Positions 59,960 to 64,000 of a DNA stretch of 64,000 bases are shown piece by piece (within the stretch, counting starts at the first letter, position 1; the number at the start of each line of letters is the position of its first letter). A program made the position numbers and the translations under genes. This stretch comes from a virus (taxonomy: Duplodnaviria > Caudoviricetes), in IMG/VR virus record IMGVR_UViG_2513237176_000002; one strand, 5' to 3'. The notes under the pieces were generated by a model. It searched no databases and was not told the origin of the DNA. It saw only the letters and a program-made list of their open reading frames with translations.

Positions 59960-60376
59960 TCAGGTCGTGGTGTCACCCGGCGGGATCAGCCCAAGATTCC
60001 GCAGCCGTTGTGCCACGTCCGCACCGACCGGTTTCTGCTTCGGCGTGCGCTGCTGCTGCGGCAGTTCGACCGGCTTCGGCTTAGCTCCCTTGCCACCCGA
60101 CCGCTGCCAGTTCGCGCCGGCAAGCTGGTGGTCGATGCGCCGCAGCAGGAACTCGGTGACCCCCCACGCACCCATCGGCCCCCGCATTTTGCGGTGCAGT
60201 GCCGACTCCGGTGGCAGCGATTTGATCCGGACTAGGAGTTCCCGCGGGGAGTAGCGGCCTTCCTGGCGGGGACCGTAGAGCGCGTCCGCGAGCCGGATTT
60301 GGTAGTAGCGGTGGAGGTCCGCTTCGATGGCCTCCCCGTGCTCTTCGAGGAGCCGGCGGAGGCCGAGGCTTCCCCC
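59960..60376 (-). CDS. Tail assembly chaperone, -1 frameshift extension (gpT-like)
   Basis: No own start; GGSLGLRRLLEEHGEAIEADL...ANWQRSG.KG.KPKP. Confidence 0.85.
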   Translation of the reverse strand, partial: GGSLGLRRLLEEHGEAIEADLHRYYQIRLADALYGPRQEGRYSPRELLVRIKSLPPESALHRKMRGPMGAWGVTEFLLRRIDHQLAGANWQRSGGKGAKPKPVELPQQQRTPKQKPVGADVAQRLRNLGLIPPGDTTT

Positions 60377-60738
60377 TCGTCGGAACCCGAGTGGCTTTTC
60401 CACTGGTCGATCAGATCGAGGAGGACATTCAGCGGACGCTTCACCTTGATGAAGTCGGCGCCCTGACCGGCCCGGCCTTCGTCGAGGAGTTTCGCGAACA
60501 GGGCGGACACGTGCTCCTTGAGGACCGCGATGTCGGCTTCGGTCGCGTCGTCGCTGATGTTCGCAAACTTGCTGCCGAAGCTGAGCACATCGATGTGGGT
60601 GTCGAAGTCCAGCAGGTGAATGTTCGGCAGCATCCACCAGCGGTCCGCCCACCGGAACCAGAACTCCGGATTCTGCTCGGTGTGGACCTTCTGCAGGTCA
60701 TAGCCCTGGCCGGGCGGCGGGGCGAACTCGGCGGTCAC
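60232..60738 (-). CDS. Tail assembly chaperone (gpG-like)
   Basis: Slippery GGGGGAA at 60370-60376 then S/T/R-rich tail. Confidence 0.85.
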   Translation of the reverse strand: MTAEFAPPPGQGYDLQKVHTEQNPEFWFRWADRWWMLPNIHLLDFDTHIDVLSFGSKFANISDDATEADIAVLKEHVSALFAKLLDEGRAGQGADFIKVKRPLNVLLDLIDQWKSHSGSDEGEASASAGSSKSTGRPSKRTSTATTKSGSRTRSTVPARKAATPRGNS

Positions 60739-60898
60739 TCGGCCGCCCCCTGCCCGGAACCAGGCGCAGTCGGGGCGGACTCGGGGATCAGGCCGAGCCG
60801 CTGCAGGCGGGTTTCGACGGGAACGGTGTCGCCCTTGGCCGGCTGCTGTTGCGCCTGTCCGGCAGGGGCGACGCGGGCGGCGCGGGCACGCTTGCCGG

Positions 60899-61240
60899 TC
60901 ATGCGGGCCTCCCGTTGCCGAGGGCCCGGTGCTCGCCGGTGTGAGCACGCCCGGCCTCCGCGGCAGACGGTGTGGGCTGCCAGCCAGGCACGTTCGCCCT
61001 CGGATCCGGCAGGTCAGGGTTGCCCCACGTTGTCATCGGCGGCTGGTTGCGGCGCTCGGGTGCCAGCTGTCGTGGCGGGATGCCCACCTGCAGCGCATCC
61101 GCTGCGACGATCAGCGACACCATCACTTTGCCGCCATCACCGGGATCGGCGACATACGCGGCGATGTCGAGGGGACGACCGTCGACGACGGCACGATAGC
61201 CGCCGTCGCCGGGCCGGTAGGCGATCTCAACACTGGTCAT
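60899..61240 (-). CDS. Hypothetical late protein
   Basis: GAAGGAG RBS; between major tail and chaperone genes. Confidence 0.55.
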   Translation of the reverse strand: MTSVEIAYRPGDGGYRAVVDGRPLDIAAYVADPGDGGKVMVSLIVAADALQVGIPPRQLAPERRNQPPMTTWGNPDLPDPRANVPGWQPTPSAAEAGRAHTGEHRALGNGRPA

Positions 61241-61281
61241 GCGGGGACTCCTTCTGCGGGTATGCGGGTTGCGGGAAAGGG

Positions 61282-61316
61282 GACGTCGCCGGCCCCCGCA
61301 TCGGACCGGCGACGTC
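61282..61316 (-). terminator. Stem-loop after the major tail gene
   Basis: GACGTCGCCGG / CCGGCGACGTC. Confidence 0.55.
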
Positions 61317-61325
61317 GATCATGGG

Positions 61326-61892
61326 TTAGGCGGCGAGGGAGCTGTCCAGCAGATAGCGGTAGGCGACGTTGCCGTTGGCGTCCGGGAACGCCTTGATCGT
61401 CCAGCCGTAGACGGTCACCTCAGTCGACGACCAGACGACGTCACCGCGCTCCGACACCTGACCGAGCGGCACGACGATGCGCTGCGCTTTGCCAGCGTCG
61501 GAGATGCCGTGCAGGATCCACGTCCGCACATCCTTGACCGGCGGCTTCTCGGCGATGGACACACCGTATGCGGTCTGCGTGATGGTGGAACCGGCGTACT
61601 GGATGCCCAGCGTCGTCAGGTTCGTTTCCATCGCGGCGAACGCGAACGTCTTCACGAACTCGCCGGGGATCGACGCGGCGAGCGCGTTGCCCTGCCACAT
61701 GAAGATGTCCGTCGAGTCCTGCGACGTGGCATCAGTGAGGCCTTCGTCGGTGAGCGCGCCGACCTCTTTGTAGACCGCCGAGTTGATCGCGGTGGTCGGG
61801 TCGGTCGGCAGGACCGGGTTCGTCACTCCGAACCCGGAGACCGCGACGAGCCCGTTCTGATAGGCGCGGATCTTGGTGACGTCGACCGCCAT
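61326..61892 (-). CDS. Major tail protein
   Basis: VGALTDEGL, MWQG, RIVVP.GQV.ERGDV, Y.WTIKAFPD.NG. Confidence 0.88.
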   Translation of the reverse strand: MAVDVTKIRAYQNGLVAVSGFGVTNPVLPTDPTTAINSAVYKEVGALTDEGLTDATSQDSTDIFMWQGNALAASIPGEFVKTFAFAAMETNLTTLGIQYAGSTITQTAYGVSIAEKPPVKDVRTWILHGISDAGKAQRIVVPLGQVSERGDVVWSSTEVTVYGWTIKAFPDANGNVAYRYLLDSSLAA

Positions 61893-61959
61893 GGGTCATC
61901 TCCTTGCATGGTGAAGGCCCGGCGGTCGCCGGGAAGGGGCGAAGCGGAAGGAAGGGGGA

Positions 61960-62301
61960 TCAGATGCCAGGGACGCGAATGACCTGGAACTTCACGTCCG
62001 CGTTGTCACCAGAGATCTGCAGCGTGTCGGAGTAGTTCGCCAGCTCGTACGGGCCGAGCACCTTCGCCGTGTTCGCCGGCAGCGCGACCGTGCGGGTCGC
62101 CGCGGCAAGACCGTCGACGGTGGCAGTCGGCGTGATGGTCACGTTCCGCGGCGTCGACACGTTTGCGTTCGTGGCGATCACGATCACGGACTTGCCGTCC
62201 GAGGCGACACTGTTGCCGTTCGCCACATCCGCCGCGGTGCCCGCCGGGAGGGCGGTACCAGCCTTCGACGATTCGACGATGGTGAGCGGCGTGCGAGCCA
62301 T
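61960..62301 (-). CDS. Small virion structural protein
   Basis: Beta-rich; GGAGG RBS; between tail terminator and major tail genes. Confidence 0.65.
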   Translation of the reverse strand: MARTPLTIVESSKAGTALPAGTAADVANGNSVASDGKSVIVIATNANVSTPRNVTITPTATVDGLAAATRTVALPANTAKVLGPYELANYSDTLQISGDNADVKFQVIRVPGI

Positions 62302-62361
62302 GAGCTACCTCCGGGCATGACGAAAGCCCGGCGGGGCACGCCGGGTAGGGATGAGCAGGTT

Positions 62362-62796
62362 TCAGATGACGCCGTGCAGGATCACGCGGTAAGCCGCGCC
62401 GCGGCGAGCAACCGTCGCCGAAATCGCCGACCGGTTACTGCCGCCGGAGTCACGGAACGGCAGCCAGCACGGGGCCGCCACGGTCTCCACACCGGTCACG
62501 AAGATGCCGTTGGTGAACGTGTGGTGCGGAAGGTGGAAGCGCATCAGCGTGCGGATCTGCTCGCCCAGCGCCCGGCAGTTGTCGGCGACGGCACCGTAAA
62601 TGTCAATGTCGAGGAGCGCCGTGTCCAAGGTGAGCTGGGTGTCACCTTCGTCAGCGGCCCGCTGTACGTGAATCAGCGGGGCTTCGAACTGCCAGTTCCG
62701 GGGGAGGGTGGGGTCCATCCACACCTTGTTGGTACTGCCGATCTGGTCTTGGAGCCAGTGCCCGATGAGTATTTCAGCGTCGGCGTAGTCAGGCAT
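62362..62796 (-). CDS. Tail terminator-like protein
   Basis: DAE.LI..WL...PLI.VQR......D.A.LDID.Y; position. Confidence 0.75.
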   Translation of the reverse strand: MPDYADAEILIGHWLQDQIGSTNKVWMDPTLPRNWQFEAPLIHVQRAADEGDTQLTLDTALLDIDIYGAVADNCRALGEQIRTLMRFHLPHHTFTNGIFVTGVETVAAPCWLPFRDSGGSNRSAISATVARRGAAYRVILHGVI

Positions 62797-63188
62797 CAGC
62801 GACCCGCCGCCCGCAGCGCTCGCCGCATGATGTGCAAGGCGGGCGTGCCGGGATGGTTGACCCGTTTCACTGGGTGCCGTGCGCCCGGCCAGTGAAGGGC
62901 TTGCGCGTTCTTCGGTTCGATGACGTGCGGCTGGGTGCCGTGCTCCAGGATCAGCGCCTTCGGGTCGTCATTGACGACTTGCACGGCAGCCATACCCCTG
63001 ATGCGGGTGCGCTCGGTGCGGAAGGCCCGGCCGTAGTCGCCGCTGACCTTATGAGGCTCGTAAATCTCGAGCGCCAGATCGATGACCCGGTCGGCGCGGC
63101 GCTCCAGTTCACGGTAGATCGAATTCGAGCGGCCGGCCTCACGGATACCACGGGTGTTCGGCCGGAACGTAACGCGGACACTGCCCAC
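62796..63188 (-). CDS. HK97 gp10-like neck/tail completion protein
   Basis: LEHGTQPHVIEPK...VNHPGT.A...MRRAL. Confidence 0.8.
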   Translation of the reverse strand: MGSVRVTFRPNTRGIREAGRSNSIYRELERRADRVIDLALEIYEPHKVSGDYGRAFRTERTRIRGMAAVQVVNDDPKALILEHGTQPHVIEPKNAQALHWPGARHPVKRVNHPGTPALHIMRRALRAAGR

Positions 63189-63251
63189 TTCGCACCCCCG
63201 GTTCCAAGTTGCGAAGACGGTGTGAAGCAGAATGTGAAGCTTGGCGCGCAG

Positions 63252-64000
63252 CTACCAGTAGCGGGGGTCGTCGTAACGCGGGTCGGCGGTCGGGAAACTC
63301 CAGGTGGGCGCAACAATTTCGATACCGTAGTCCGAGGTGCCCCCGGCGGCATTGTTGGCATCGGCGAGATCACCGAGCATGGCGTCAGCCCGGCGTTCCA
63401 TGTCGTTGGCCCGCTGCAGCGACGCGGCGTCGTTGGGCCAGCTGCGTTCCACCCAGGCGGCGGCCAGCAGTGCAGCGACGGCGCGGGCCAGGTCGTGCAT
63501 GCTGTCGCGCATCGGTGAGACGCGGGCAGCAACCCAAGCGACCGCGTCAACGATCAGCGCGTCCACGGCCACCCCTGACGGTGTGGTGGTGTGGTCGAAC
63601 GTGAACTGGTAGATGTCCTGGCTGTTCACCACTGACGTGAGTGACCGTGCGAGGGTGCGGTGGGGCACGTATGTGGCGACCCGTGTCCGGGACGGTGTCC
63701 ACTCCGGGCCGCCTGCAGCCGGCGACGGAACCACCCAGATCTCGATGTCTTCGGCACCGACACCTGTGCCCATCACTTGCCAGGACAGCACCCACCTGCG
63801 GGGTTGATCAAACACCACCGGATCAGCGGTGAGTCGCCGGGTCGGTTCGCCAGTGTCCGGGTCGGCGCCGAGCGGGCCTGGAGTGACTGGCACGCCGCTG
63901 CTGGTGCCGTCGGGCCGGTGCACCGTCAGCGTCCCCGTCGTGTCCACCCCGGCGGGGGTGACATCGAGGTACGGCTGGTCGACGTCACCGACGGACAGAT
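63252..64000 (-). CDS. Head-tail adaptor-like protein (5' end outside the window)
   Basis: Frame stays open to the window edge; W.PS..RVA.YVP.RT...F...T.P....V..LI. Confidence 0.6.
   Translation of the reverse strand, partial: LSVGDVDQPYLDVTPAGVDTTGTLTVHRPDGTSSGVPVTPGPLGADPDTGEPTRRLTADPVVFDQPRRWVLSWQVMGTGVGAEDIEIWVVPSPAAGGPEWTPSRTRVATYVPHRTLARSLTSVVNSQDIYQFTFDHTTTPSGVAVDALIVDAVAWVAARVSPMRDSMHDLARAVAALLAAAWVERSWPNDAASLQRANDMERRADAMLGDLADANNAAGGTSDYGIEIVAPTWSFPTADPRYDDPRYW

Larger units (their letters stand above)
1..64000. mobile_element. Temperate siphovirus-type prophage (partial) with embedded AICE-like transfer module
   Basis: Integrase at the left edge, dense small early genes, repressor-like genes, lysis genes, tape measure, tail chaperone frameshift, major tail and head-tail genes; no host housekeeping genes seen. 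Confidence 0.93.

Noticed and set aside
1-64000. CRISPR array, tRNA/rRNA, or reverse-transcriptase systems (DGR/retron)
   Set aside because: No regularly spaced repeat-spacer array, cloverleaf or RT motif seen by eye; the repeats found are short iterons or operators

Overview
High-GC actinomycete DNA (Micromonosporaceae-like, by inference) that reads end to end as one large temperate siphovirus prophage. It starts at a tyrosine integrase (1-1314) and is cut off in the head-tail genes at 64000; capsid, portal and terminase lie outside the window. Layout: (i) int plus GntR; (ii) about 28 kb of small early genes including a Pol-beta nucleotidyltransferase, MazG-like, GIY-YIG, orphan LexA-boxed imuA', OB-fold and DUF262 genes, punctuated by leaderless mini-repressors with palindromic operators; (iii) a four-gene immunity-like operon (HTH-sensor, PP2C, XRE-DUF5753, alpha/beta hydrolase) and two toxin-antitoxin-like pairs; (iv) an AICE-type TraB/FtsK transfer operon; (v) a displaced holin and an inserted block with a lambda-O-like initiator; (vi) lysis and tail genes. 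The most striking structure is a pair of parallel, primase-less replication-like modules 27 kb apart. Each runs HTH gene, hairpin, paralogous RPGDFRG protein, a different ATPase-wHTH, its own iteron cluster, then a shared 25-bp motif. With a third initiator and the TraB module, the element looks like a multi-replicon phage/conjugative-element hybrid. All family assignments come from motif recognition by eye; no searches were run.
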